A DNA stretch of 35,821 nt from an uncultured Bacillales bacterium. Lineage in GTDB: Bacteria; Bacillota_I; Bacilli_A; RFN20; CAG-826. Of the stretch, positions 8,974 to 17,472 are shown in pieces (position 1 is the stretch's first letter; every line of letters begins with the position of its first letter). The position numbers and the translations under genes were made by a program. Under the pieces are notes generated by a model. The model made no database searches, was not told where the DNA came from, and worked only from the letters and a program-made list of their open reading frames with translations. The stretch is taken from the NCBI GenBank assembly GCA_946404585.1, contig CAMJEC010000003.1, forward strand, positions 1 through 35,821, in the 5' to 3' direction.

Positions 8974-9845
8974 GTAGCATGACTTTTGGCCGTTATTCCT
9001 TCCGCAATACTTTCATCCATAACTTGGATGCGAGAAATAAGATTTTCCTCATGCTTTTATTCATGGTGGGAATCTTCTTCCAATTCAATATGTGGTCAAC
9101 AGCTTTAATTATGAGTGGTGTTTATATCATCATCCTTTTAGCATTGATGCTCATCTCTAGAGTGAGTTTATGGTCACTAATTAAATCACTAGGCGGCTTA
9201 TGGATGTTAGTCATCTTCCTGATGATTATTTATATTTTCGTACCGACGAATAATCCAAAATTACCAGTGGCGTTTACTATTGGTTCGTTAGAAGTTCACT
9301 GGGACGCATTCTGCCAAGCTGGTTATATTGTGATGAGATTAATTTTAATGATTTCATTAACAATGATATTAACTAGCACCACAAAACCAATGGATATGAC
9401 ATATGCTTTTGAATGGTATATGACGCCATTAAAACCAATTCGTTTCCCAGTTCATGAAATAGCCATGACTTTATCAATCGCTTTAAGATTCATTCCAACG
9501 CTATTGGATGAAACTGAAAGAATTATGAAAGCCCAAGCCAGTCGTGGTGTTGATTTTAACCATGGTGGTATCTTTAAACGTTTCGGTGCAATTATTGCCT
9601 TAATCATTCCTTTATTTGTTTCCGCTTTAGAAAGAAGTGAAGAACTCGCTAATGCAATGATTGTTAGAGGATATGATCCAAGAGCAAAACGTACTAGATA
9701 TCGTTTATTAAGGTTCTCTTGGAGAGATATTATTGCTTTCTTATTTATCGGTGGTTTTTTTGCCGGTATTATTGTGATGTTCGTATTTGATAGAAAAAAT
9801 CCAATCGATCTCATTCAGCTTATTTTTAATAAGCCAGGATTCTAA
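8970..9845 (+). CDS. ecfT: ECF transporter transmembrane T component
   Basis: ALRFIPTL, AQASRG and AM.VRGY motifs; ATGA overlap with ecfA2. Confidence 0.93.
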   Translation: MSSMTFGRYSFRNTFIHNLDARNKIFLMLLFMVGIFFQFNMWSTALIMSGVYIIILLALMLISRVSLWSLIKSLGGLWMLVIFLMIIYIFVPTNNPKLPVAFTIGSLEVHWDAFCQAGYIVMRLILMISLTMILTSTTKPMDMTYAFEWYMTPLKPIRFPVHEIAMTLSIALRFIPTLLDETERIMKAQASRGVDFNHGGIFKRFGAIIALIIPLFVSALERSEELANAMIVRGYDPRAKRTRYRLLRFSWRDIIAFLFIGGFFAGIIVMFVFDRKNPIDLIQLIFNKPGF

Positions 9846-9847
9846 TT

Positions 9848-10585
9848 ATGAAAGTATTAGGTATTTGTTCATATAAAGGCACTAATTATTATGGCTGGCA
9901 AAAGCAAGTCGGTTTTGTTAGCGTGCAAAGTAAAATTGAAGAATGCTTAAGTAAAGTCTATGACACCACAATTAACATCCAAGGTAGTGGACGTACAGAT
10001 GCAGGTGTCCACGCTTTAAAACAATATTTTCATTATGTTAGTGATAAGGAAAAAGACTTAAAACAATTAACATACGCCTTAAATAAAATGCTTCCAGATG
10101 ATATTAAGATTCTTTCACTTAACCAAGTAGATGATGATTTCCACGCTAGGTATAACGCTACTAAGAAGATTTATGAATACCGTATCCTTCTTACAAATAA
10201 AGATCCTATGTCTTATGACTTAGCCTATATCTATCCAATGGAATTAGATATCGAACTATTTAAAAACGCTCTTCAAAAGTTTGAAGGCACACACAATTAT
10301 CAAGATTTCACCTCTAAAGAAGAAGATGAAGGTGGATTTATTAGAACAATATACAATATTGAAGTCATTAAAGAAGGTGACTTATTAAGAGTCATATTTA
10401 CCGGTAATGGCTTTATGAGATATCAAATTAGAAATATGATTGGTTCAGCGATTAATGTCGCTAATAAAAAGGAACCATTAGAGTTCATTGATAAGCATTT
10501 ACAAGATAACAAAAATAGAGAAATCATCGCTTATAAAGCTCCAGCATCCGGGCTATATTTAGTGGATGTTATCTATAATAATTAG
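9848..10585 (+). CDS. truA: tRNA pseudouridine(38-40) synthase
   Basis: GSGRTDAGVHA, FHARY, GNGFMRYQIR, APASGLYL. Confidence 0.96.
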   Translation: MKVLGICSYKGTNYYGWQKQVGFVSVQSKIEECLSKVYDTTINIQGSGRTDAGVHALKQYFHYVSDKEKDLKQLTYALNKMLPDDIKILSLNQVDDDFHARYNATKKIYEYRILLTNKDPMSYDLAYIYPMELDIELFKNALQKFEGTHNYQDFTSKEEDEGGFIRTIYNIEVIKEGDLLRVIFTGNGFMRYQIRNMIGSAINVANKKEPLEFIDKHLQDNKNREIIAYKAPASGLYLVDVIYNN

Positions 10586-10599
10586 GAGGGTTTTCTTTT

Positions 10600-12615
10600 A
10601 TGAAAAAACAATTGTTTGCAATCTTAGGAATCATGTTTGCTATTGGCGTTTCTGCTTGTAATAATAGTGAACCAGTTGCTTCTAATAGCGATTCCAAACA
10701 ACAGTCTACTAGTAGTTCTATAGAAAGTAGTGAATCAACTTCTTCATCTATTTCATCACAATCTACTAGTGAATCTTCAATAAGCTCATCGGTTAGTTCT
10801 AACTCTTCAAGCAGCTCATCCAGTAGTGCTTCAAGCAGCTCCTTATCAAGTAGTTCTTCTTCAAGCTCAAGCAACAGTTCTTCAGTGCATGTCCATAATT
10901 ATGGAACATTAAACGAAGGAACTCTTCCATCATACTATTATGATGGCATGAAGCCTCATTATTACTGCATTGAATGTGGACAGTATTTTGACGTTGATAA
11001 GAACCCTACAACTAAAGACGCTTTAAAACTTGAAAAAGCAGGAGATAGAATCGCTCTTTTAATCAACGGTATTGAAAAGGATATTTTTGAAAATCCTGAT
11101 AAAAACGAACAACGAGTTATTTGGAGATTAGATAATCGTGGTCCAGGAAATACTGCTGTTGTCGCTTTAGCTAAGCCAGGTGATACAACTTATAAATATG
11201 GCTTCTTCGCTGGAGAAAACATTAATGAAAATAATACAATCACAATTGATGGCAGAGTTGATTTTGTTTTAGTGGCAACTCCTAATGGTCTTGTATTAAA
11301 CGCTCTTGAACATAATGGCTTAGTGGTCAAAGTTAATTCCGAAGAATATCCACTAAACCCTGTTACCTATCTTGATGGTGTAACTAAGACATATATTTAT
11401 GGCTATCATTACTTTGAAGTCGGTGACAAAATGACTGTTGTTGATAAGGACAACAATATCACTTATGGATATAGCGATATCGCGAGTGATTCCGCTTGGA
11501 ATAAATATGATTTCCATAAAGGTACCAACAACGAGTTTGTCTTTGACAAAGCTGCTAGATTTGGTATTGAATTTGGCCGTGATGGAGTAAATGATATTTC
11601 TGTAACTAAAACATTTGGTCCTTCTACAGGCACTGAATTCGTTGTTACTTTCAACTCAGAAAGAACTAACGAACAATTAACAAAACATTCATATGCCACT
11701 AACACTGAAGCCTATACAGAAGCAACTTGGTACGTGTTGCATGAAGTGGTTATAAACGCTGATGATATTAAAGCCGCTTTAGTGAATGGCTATGATATGT
11801 ATACAGCTACTGTTTCTTTCTCAAGTGGTGAAGAATTCAACCTTAAAGACATTACTAATAACGCAGCTATTACTGGTGATCATTTAGCCTCTTACTATGG
11901 TGAAGATGATTGTTTCACAATCTCAGGCGATTACATCAAAATCTTAAAAAACGGCAGCTACGGTATTTATTATGTTCCAGCCGCTAATGTTATTGCTTTG
12001 ACCACTATGTCAGCGCCAGGTAATGCAAATATCATGGTCGATGGTGCATTTGTTCCGTTAACCAAAGACGCTAATGATAATGTCACTTATACTGGCCATT
12101 TTGATAAGAATACATACGTTGTATTTGCAGATGATAGCTATAACATGATTACACCAACATTAGCGAGTGGTGTTGATCAAACTGCTGTCCATTTGTCTTC
12201 ATTCTTAATTTATTTTGACAAAGCCGGTACATTCAAACTTGATTTGAATTTAAACACTAATGTGTTAAATGTTACCGTCATAGAACTAGATGATCCTGGT
12301 CAACAACAAGGACCTATTACTGGTGCTTATTTAATTGGTTCTGGCGGTATGTCCGCTAGAATGGAAAACAATCCAGATAATCCTGACGAATTAATGAAGA
12401 AAAATGTCCAAATGGTAGCCAGTAGTGGAATGGTTTATGTTTCCATTTATAATTCCACACTAAGCGGCAATATTGAAGGCGTTACTTTATCAGAAGATAG
12501 CGCTAGTGTCGCAACAGCAATGAGCACTTTGTTTTATATCACCGCTGGTGAAGGAACATACGATTTCTATCTCAATAAAAACACTTTGGTATTGAGAATA
12601 GTTAAGGTTTCATAA
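10600..12615 (+). CDS. Lipoprotein of unknown function: Ser-rich linker, HxH..CxxC motif, tandem beta-rich modules
   Basis: Signal peptide with lipobox VSAC; SD AGGAGG; poly-Ser tract; recurring K/G-x-G-x-(Y/F)-x-(I/F/L) module ends. Confidence 0.8.
   Translation: MKKQLFAILGIMFAIGVSACNNSEPVASNSDSKQQSTSSSIESSESTSSSISSQSTSESSISSSVSSNSSSSSSSSASSSSLSSSSSSSSSNSSSVHVHNYGTLNEGTLPSYYYDGMKPHYYCIECGQYFDVDKNPTTKDALKLEKAGDRIALLINGIEKDIFENPDKNEQRVIWRLDNRGPGNTAVVALAKPGDTTYKYGFFAGENINENNTITIDGRVDFVLVATPNGLVLNALEHNGLVVKVNSEEYPLNPVTYLDGVTKTYIYGYHYFEVGDKMTVVDKDNNITYGYSDIASDSAWNKYDFHKGTNNEFVFDKAARFGIEFGRDGVNDISVTKTFGPSTGTEFVVTFNSERTNEQLTKHSYATNTEAYTEATWYVLHEVVINADDIKAALVNGYDMYTATVSFSSGEEFNLKDITNNAAITGDHLASYYGEDDCFTISGDYIKILKNGSYGIYYVPAANVIALTTMSAPGNANIMVDGAFVPLTKDANDNVTYTGHFDKNTYVVFADDSYNMITPTLASGVDQTAVHLSSFLIYFDKAGTFKLDLNLNTNVLNVTVIELDDPGQQQGPITGAYLIGSGGMSARMENNPDNPDELMKKNVQMVASSGMVYVSIYNSTLSGNIEGVTLSEDSASVATAMSTLFYITAGEGTYDFYLNKNTLVLRIVKVS
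10678..10885 (+). repeat. Low-complexity serine-rich coding tract
   Basis: About 65 codons dominated by TCN/AGY, with short repeats such as TCAAGC. Confidence 0.85.
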
Positions 12616-12624
12616 ACATTTATG

Positions 12625-12653
12625 TTCAATTCTATATGAACATGTGGTAATAT
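12625..12653 (+). promoter_or_regulatory. Putative sigma-A promoter of yebC
   Basis: TTCAAT-N17-TAATAT with TG extension. Confidence 0.45.
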
Positions 12654-12688
12654 TTTTTCGCAAAAAAGCAAAAAAGGAGTTTTAAATC

Positions 12689-13393
12689 ATGGGTAGAGCA
12701 CATGAAGTAAGAGCAAAAGCGATGGCCGCAACCGCTGCAAAAAGAAGCGCACTCTTTATGAGAGCCAGTAAGGAAATCTATATGGCGGCAAAGAATGGTG
12801 TTCCTGACCCTGAAATGAACTTAGCACTCCGTTCTGCAATTGAAAAATGGAGAGGCCAAAACGTTACTAAAGACGTTATTGATAGAGCGATCCAAAAAGC
12901 TAAAGGCGGCGAAGCCGAAAGCTATTCTGAAGGCCGTTATGAAGCCTTTGGTCCAGGTAACTCCCTCTTTATCATTGATACATTAACTGATAACTCAAAC
13001 CGTGCGTTTATCGAAGTTAGAACCGCTATCACCAAAAAGGGTGGCCACTTAGGTTCCACAATCTTCAATTTCACACAAACTGGTTTATTCGTTTTCAACG
13101 GCACCAATAGAGATGAAGTTGAAGAAAACTTAATTCTCTCTGACGTTGATGTCCGTGAAGTCACAGCAGAAGATGGAAAGATCGAAGTCCTTGTTGAACC
13201 AGCAGCCTTCGCTCAAGCTAGAGAAGTTTTAGGTGGTATGGGCATCTCCGAATTCGATGTTGCGGAAATAACCTTCTTAGCCAATGATCCAATTGAGATC
13301 ACTGATCCAGAAGAAAGACGCAAATTTGACGAATTATGCGATATGCTTGATGACTTACAAGACGTCCAAAACGTCTACCACAACGTCAAGTAA
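12689..13393 (+). CDS. yebC: YebC/PmpR family protein
   Basis: PDPEMNLALR.AIEK, YEAFGPG, LTDNSNR, DDLQDVQNVYHN. Confidence 0.95.
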   Translation: MGRAHEVRAKAMAATAAKRSALFMRASKEIYMAAKNGVPDPEMNLALRSAIEKWRGQNVTKDVIDRAIQKAKGGEAESYSEGRYEAFGPGNSLFIIDTLTDNSNRAFIEVRTAITKKGGHLGSTIFNFTQTGLFVFNGTNRDEVEENLILSDVDVREVTAEDGKIEVLVEPAAFAQAREVLGGMGISEFDVAEITFLANDPIEITDPEERRKFDELCDMLDDLQDVQNVYHNVK

Positions 13394-13417
13394 TTATTAA
13401 CCTATAATTATGCAAAT

Positions 13418-13445
13418 ACCAATCACGAAATGTGGTTGGTTTTTT
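13418..13445 (+). terminator. Intrinsic terminator after yebC
   Basis: ACCAATCAC-gaaat-GTGGTTGGT plus T run. Confidence 0.8.
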
Positions 13446-13499
13446 GTTTGAAAAACAACTTTTTTCTAGTCACCAGGAATTATTTTTATAAATAATCAA

Positions 13500-13528
13500 T
13501 TGACATCACACACGTAAACACGTATGAT
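13500..13528 (+). promoter_or_regulatory. Sigma-A promoter of rplM-rpsI
   Basis: TTGACA-N17-TATGAT. Confidence 0.85.
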
Positions 13529-13534
13529 TTTTAT

Positions 13535-13595
13535 CGGCACAAAAGCTAAATTAGCGAAGTCCCCGGTAAGGTCAAAGTTAGTTTGGTAAAGGAGG
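13535..13595 (+). ncRNA. L13 leader-like autoregulatory RNA element
   Basis: 11-bp stem (13545-13555 with 13577-13587, includes G-U pairs) enclosing CCCCGG, abutting the rplM SD. Confidence 0.65.
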
Positions 13596-13604
13596 ATTAC
13601 AGTT

Positions 13605-14045
13605 ATGCAACGTCAAACTACTATTGCAAAAAATAACGAAATCCAAAGAAAATGGTATGTCGTCGATGCCACTGACAAACCATTAGGAAGATTAGCATCA
13701 CAAGTCGCTCAAGTTTTAACTGGCAAGAATAAGCCAATTTGGACTCCAAATGTTGACTGTGGTGACTATGTTATTATCATCAACGCTGAAAAGGTTGCTC
13801 TTTCTGGCGATAAAGTTAATAACAAAAAATACTACAATGTGTCTGGTTACGCTGGCGGTCTCCGTACTCGTACAGCCGGTACTATGAAAGAAAAGTATCC
13901 AGTAGAAATGCTTGAAAGATGCCTTCACGGTATGCTTCCAAAGGGTCGCTTAGGTCGTCAAATGATCAAGAAACTCTTCGTCTATGCTGGTCCAGAACAC
14001 AAACAAGAAGCTCAAAAACCAGAAGTTCTTGAGCTCAAATACTAG
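13605..14045 (+). CDS. rplM: 50S ribosomal protein L13
   Basis: [27 protein letters not shown]. Confidence 0.99.
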   Translation: MQRQTTIAKNNEIQRKWYVVDATDKPLGRLASQVAQVLTGKNKPIWTPNVDCGDYVIIINAEKVALSGDKVNNKKYYNVSGYAGGLRTRTAGTMKEKYPVEMLERCLHGMLPKGRLGRQMIKKLFVYAGPEHKQEAQKPEVLELKY

Positions 14046-14056
14046 GAGGTCTTAAC

Positions 14057-14455
14057 ATGGCAAAGAAAGCTGATCTTCAATATTACGGCACAGGCAAAAG
14101 AAAATCTTCTATCGCTCGTGTTTACATCACTGCTGGTACAGGCAAAGTTGTTGTCAATGGCCACCCAGTGGAAGAATATATGCCTTATGCGACATTAATT
14201 CTCGACTTAAAGCAACCATTAACATTAACAGGCACAGATGGCAAATACGATGTGCGTGCAGAAGTTAAAGGTGGTGGCTTCACAGGCCAAGCTGGCGCTA
14301 TCCGCTTAGGTATCGCTAGAGCCTTATTAGAAGCCGGTTGCGATCGTGCAGTCTTAAAATCTAACGGTATGGTCAAACGTGACTCCCGTAAGAAAGAACG
14401 TAAGAAATACGGTCTCAAAGCTGCTCGTAAAGCTCCACAATTCAGCAAACGTTAA
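14057..14455 (+). CDS. rpsI: 30S ribosomal protein S9
   Basis: [40 protein letters not shown]. Confidence 0.99.
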   Translation: MAKKADLQYYGTGKRKSSIARVYITAGTGKVVVNGHPVEEYMPYATLILDLKQPLTLTGTDGKYDVRAEVKGGGFTGQAGAIRLGIARALLEAGCDRAVLKSNGMVKRDSRKKERKKYGLKAARKAPQFSKR

Positions 14456-14480
14456 TCGTTTACTACAAAACAAGAAAAAC

Positions 14481-14505
14481 AGGAAGTCATTTGGCTTCCT
14501 TTTTT
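14481..14505 (+). terminator. Intrinsic terminator after rpsI
   Basis: AGGAAGTC-attt-GGCTTCCT plus T run. Confidence 0.8.
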
Positions 14506-14534
14506 CGTGCGCGTAAAATCTTATATAAAAAGCA

Positions 14535-14563
14535 TTGATTTTGATAAATCATTGTTGTATATT
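14535..14563 (+). promoter_or_regulatory. Sigma-A promoter of tRNA-Ile
   Basis: TTGATT-N17-TATATT. Confidence 0.6.
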
Positions 14564-14587
14564 ATTACCGCTGTCTTTAAGACGCAT

Positions 14588-14664
14588 GGGCCCATAGCTC
14601 AGTTGGTTAGAGCGCGCCCCTGATAAGGGCGAGGTCGGAAGTTCAAGTCTTCTTGGGCCCACCA
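14588..14664 (+). tRNA. tRNA-Ile (GAT)
   Basis: Cloverleaf; anticodon arm CGCCC-CTGATAA-GGGCG; TTCAA T loop; encoded CCA. Confidence 0.97.
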
Positions 14665-14675
14665 AATTGATTGTT

Positions 14676-14702
14676 AAGAAGGATGTCAAAGTCCTTCTTT
14701 TA
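14676..14702 (+). terminator. Terminator after tRNA-Ile
   Basis: AAGAAGGAT-gtcaaa-GTCCTTCTT plus T-rich tail. Confidence 0.7.
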
Positions 14703-14790
14703 ATTTTTATCATCTCGAAGAGATTTAAATAACTCTTTGCGAAACTATCTAAAAGAAGAACAAAAAAGCGCTTTAAAAGTATTAAAATAC

Positions 14791-14870
14791 TTGTAAGAGA
14801 ATAATATAACCGCTATTCTATATATTGCGTTCACAATTTTATTGCTAAATAAAACGTAGTTTGTTATATT
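14791..14870 (+). promoter_or_regulatory. Tandem sigma-A promoters for tRNA-Val/Thr/Leu
   Basis: TTGTAA-N17-TATTCT (14791-14819) and TTGCTA-N17-TATATT with TG extension (14842-14870). Confidence 0.55.
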
Positions 14871-14881
14871 ATTTAGGCGCT

Positions 14882-14956
14882 GGAGACTTAGTTCAGCGGG
14901 AGAACGCTTCCTTCACACGGAAGAGGTCGTAGGTTCGATCCCTACAGTGTCCACCA
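14882..14956 (+). tRNA. tRNA-Val (CAC)
   Basis: Anticodon arm CTTCC-TTCACAC-GGAAG; T arm GTAGG-TTCGATC-CCTAC; CCA end; one acceptor-stem mismatch. Confidence 0.92.
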
Positions 14957-14961
14957 AATTT

Positions 14962-15037
14962 GCCGTCTTAGCTCAATTGGCAGAGCAACTGATTTGTAAT
15001 CAGTAGGTTGTTGGTTCGATTCCGATAGACGGCACCA
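14962..15037 (+). tRNA. tRNA-Thr (TGT)
   Basis: Anticodon arm ACTGA-TTTGTAA-TCAGT; acceptor GCCGTCT/AGACGGC; CCA. Confidence 0.96.
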
Positions 15038-15050
15038 ACTAAGTATTATC

Positions 15051-15072
15051 GGAGGGACACAATCCCTCCTTT
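15051..15072 (+). terminator. Terminator-like hairpin between tRNA-Thr and tRNA-Leu
   Basis: GGAGGGA-cacaa-TCCCTCC followed by TTTAATTT. Confidence 0.5.
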
Positions 15073-15081
15073 AATTTATAT

Positions 15082-15166
15082 GCGGCTATGGCGGAACTGG
15101 CAGACGCGCTAGACTTAGGATCTAGTGGGGCAACCCGTACAGGTTCGATTCCTGCTAGCCGCACCA
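15082..15166 (+). tRNA. tRNA-Leu (TAG)
   Basis: Anticodon arm CTAGA-CTTAGGA-TCTAG, long variable arm, acceptor GCGGCTA/TAGCCGC, CCA. Confidence 0.95.
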
Positions 15167-15180
15167 AGTATCAATTTTGT

Positions 15181-15203
15181 AACTACTCAATGCAGTAGTT
15201 TTT
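15181..15203 (+). terminator. Terminator after tRNA-Leu
   Basis: AACTACT-caatgc-AGTAGTT plus TTT. Confidence 0.55.
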
Positions 15204-15299
15204 CTATTATTCCTTATATATAAATAATAGGATATGTCTTGATAAATGCTTAAAATATCGTTTTATACAACGATGTAAGAACGATTTTAACGAATATTA

Positions 15300-15328
15300 T
15301 TGAATATCTATGTATAAAAATGTATATT
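15300..15328 (+). promoter_or_regulatory. Sigma-A promoter of the ABC operon
   Basis: TTGAAT-N17-TATATT upstream of SD AAGGAGG. Confidence 0.6.
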
Positions 15329-15349
15329 ATTGTAGAAGGAGGAAATAAC

Positions 15350-16261
15350 ATGGACCTTATTACAACAAATGAGCTCTGCAAATCATACAACAAAAAGCTC
15401 GTTATAGATCATGTTAATATGCATATTCCAGAAAGTAGCATTTATGGCTTTGTCGGTGAAAATGGCAGTGGCAAAACAACCATTATGCGTCTATTAACCG
15501 GTTTAGCGGAACCAACATCTGGAACATATGAATTATTCGGTCTAAAAAACAATGACCCACGTATTTACGAAAAAAGAAAGAATATATCCGCTATTGTGGA
15601 AAAAACATCTTTGGTACCAACATTTACCGCAAAACAAAACATCCGTTATTTTGAACTTTATACAGGTATCGAATTAACAGAAAAAGAAAGAGATGAATTA
15701 TTAGCAAAAGTTCATCTTCATGATGTTGAGAATAAAAAAGTTAAAAACTTTTCTCTCGGTATGCGTCAAAGATTAGGTATCGCTTTAGCGTTAGTTAGTA
15801 AGCCAAAACTAATGTTCTTAGATGAACCAATGAATGGTTTAGACCCAGAAGGTATTGCCGAATTAAGAGATTTATTGGTTGAATTAAATCAAAAAGATGG
15901 CATTACTGTTCTAATCTCTTCACACATTCTTTCAGAACTTGAAAAGATTGCTACCTGCTATGGCTTTATCTCTCACGGCAAGATTCTTGAAGAAGTTACC
16001 GCACAAGAATTAAAAGGAAGATGCCGTAAATCATTAATGGTGAAAGTTGATAAGCTACAAGAAGCAGAAAAAGCTTTGAAACAACTTAACATTCTTGATT
16101 ACAAAGTCTCACCTAATGGTGAAATTCAAATCTATGATAACGTCAAAATCCAAGACGTTATGGCGTGTTTAGTCAGCGCTGGTGTTAATATTTCGGCTAT
16201 TAATTCTGCTGAGGAATCAGTTGAAGATTACTATTTAAATCTTATTAAGGAGGGCAAATAA
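15350..16261 (+). CDS. ABC transporter ATP-binding protein (BcrA/LanF-like)
   Basis: GENGSGKTT, FSLGMRQRLGIA, LDEPMNGLDP, ISSHILSE; ATG 15350 follows AAGGAGG. Confidence 0.9.
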   Translation: MDLITTNELCKSYNKKLVIDHVNMHIPESSIYGFVGENGSGKTTIMRLLTGLAEPTSGTYELFGLKNNDPRIYEKRKNISAIVEKTSLVPTFTAKQNIRYFELYTGIELTEKERDELLAKVHLHDVENKKVKNFSLGMRQRLGIALALVSKPKLMFLDEPMNGLDPEGIAELRDLLVELNQKDGITVLISSHILSELEKIATCYGFISHGKILEEVTAQELKGRCRKSLMVKVDKLQEAEKALKQLNILDYKVSPNGEIQIYDNVKIQDVMACLVSAGVNISAINSAEESVEDYYLNLIKEGK

Positions 16262-16262
16262 T

Positions 16263-17222
16263 ATGTCTCGTTTATTAAAAGCCTTCTTCTATAGGATGTC
16301 TAAAGACCTCGCATTTAGAATTACTCTCATTATTGGCTGTGGTATTGCCTTAATACTCTCCGTCATCCTTTTAGTGGCAGATTTAATGATGGATATGGAA
16401 GGCATCAAGCTATTGACTGGACATGGCATGCTAACAATGTCACTAAATCCAGCACAAAACTATGGCATTGCCATTCCAATTAACGTTGCTATATTCGTAG
16501 CTTTAGAATTCACACAAGGCACAATTAGAAACAAAATTATTGCAGGCCATTCAAAGTTTAAAATCTATGCCTCACTTTATATTTCTGGCCTTATTTTAGG
16601 CGCAGCACTCTTATTTGCCTATGTTGGATTCTTAACAATATTCGGCACAATCTTTGGTGGCTTTGATGTCAATGTCGTAACTATATTAGGCACTGGATTT
16701 GGCGCTGCGACTGTAGAATACATTGTTAAGTTTGTCATTCTATCTTTGCTAGCTTATACCACACTCATTAGTTACGCTGTATTTATCGCTACAGTATTTA
16801 GATCATTAGGCCCTTCCATTCCATTAGTGTTCGCTGCTGTCTATGGTCTCTTCTTTATTGCAATGATTGTGAATATCATCGTTGGTATTAATAAAGAATT
16901 CATGGATGGATACGAAGCAGCGTTAGTTATAGCTCAAGAACACGGAGATGCTGATGCGATTGCCGAAGCTGCAAAAGAAGTAGCGGATTTCAAACCAACA
17001 AACGATACTGTGCAAGCCATTGGTAATGTCTTTAAGTGCCTCAATCCTCTATATGGCCTTTCAGTCACAGATAGTGTTATAGTTGGTGAAGGCGAAGATG
17101 TGAAAGCGATTGCAAAGATGGATGACTTCACTTTCTATAGTGGAATTGCTAGCAATTTAGCATATTCTGCAGCATTCTTTTTCGGAGGTGCTTGCTTATT
17201 TAAGAAAAGAGATGTTAAATAA
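16263..17222 (+). CDS. ABC-2 type transporter permease
   Basis: About 6 TM segments, EFTQGTIRN motif, FKKRDVK C-terminus. Confidence 0.85.
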   Translation: MSRLLKAFFYRMSKDLAFRITLIIGCGIALILSVILLVADLMMDMEGIKLLTGHGMLTMSLNPAQNYGIAIPINVAIFVALEFTQGTIRNKIIAGHSKFKIYASLYISGLILGAALLFAYVGFLTIFGTIFGGFDVNVVTILGTGFGAATVEYIVKFVILSLLAYTTLISYAVFIATVFRSLGPSIPLVFAAVYGLFFIAMIVNIIVGINKEFMDGYEAALVIAQEHGDADAIAEAAKEVADFKPTNDTVQAIGNVFKCLNPLYGLSVTDSVIVGEGEDVKAIAKMDDFTFYSGIASNLAYSAAFFFGGACLFKKRDVK

Positions 17223-17241
17223 TATAGGAAAAAAATTTTTC

Positions 17242-17271
17242 TTAGCAAAAATTGTCGGCTTAAACGTCTTA
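17242..17271 (+). promoter_or_regulatory. Putative alternative-sigma (ECF-like) promoter, copy 1
   Basis: TTAGCA-N17-CGTCTTA; the same arrangement recurs at 17443. Confidence 0.55.
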
Positions 17272-17274
17272 TAT

Positions 17275-17440
17275 ATGAGAGGCGAACAAAAAGCCTCTTC
17301 CCTCAGCGCATTACAAAGATTAACATTTGTTATCTATGCCGACAGATAAAAATGCGCTAAACTAAAATTGTCTATTGTCTCTTTAGCAATAGAGTCTCCC
17401 TTTTTAAAGGTTACTGGTCCCCCGATCGGTAATCTTTTTC
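17275..17440 (+). ncRNA. Candidate small regulatory RNA (~165 nt)
   Basis: Candidate promoter upstream, three structured domains, three UCCC tracts and a 14-bp terminator. Confidence 0.55.
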
Positions 17441-17444
17441 TTTT
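17406..17444 (+). terminator. Intrinsic terminator of the sRNA candidate (or of the ABC operon)
   Basis: AAAGGTTACTGGTC-cccc-GATCGGTAATCTTT then TTCTTTT; three G-U pairs work only on the + strand. Confidence 0.8.
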
Positions 17445-17472
17445 AGCAGGTTTTCGTTTTATAATCGTCTTA
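17443..17472 (+). promoter_or_regulatory. Putative alternative-sigma (ECF-like) promoter, copy 2, upstream of serpin
   Basis: TTAGCA-N17-CGTCTTA. Confidence 0.55.

Noticed and set aside
10569-10874. Glu/Leu-rich minus-strand ORF or repeat array
   Set aside because: Mirror of the poly-Ser tract; no repeat-spacer periodicity, so not CRISPR
12622-12643. LexA (Cheo) box
   Set aside because: Half-sites are in the opposite order and spacing to GAAC-N4-GTTC
17253-17344. TGTCGGC/GCCGACA long-range pairing as a riboswitch for the serpin
   Set aside because: The 5' half lies in the predicted promoter spacer, no known aptamer consensus is present, and the serpin has its own copy of the promoter motif; not fully excluded
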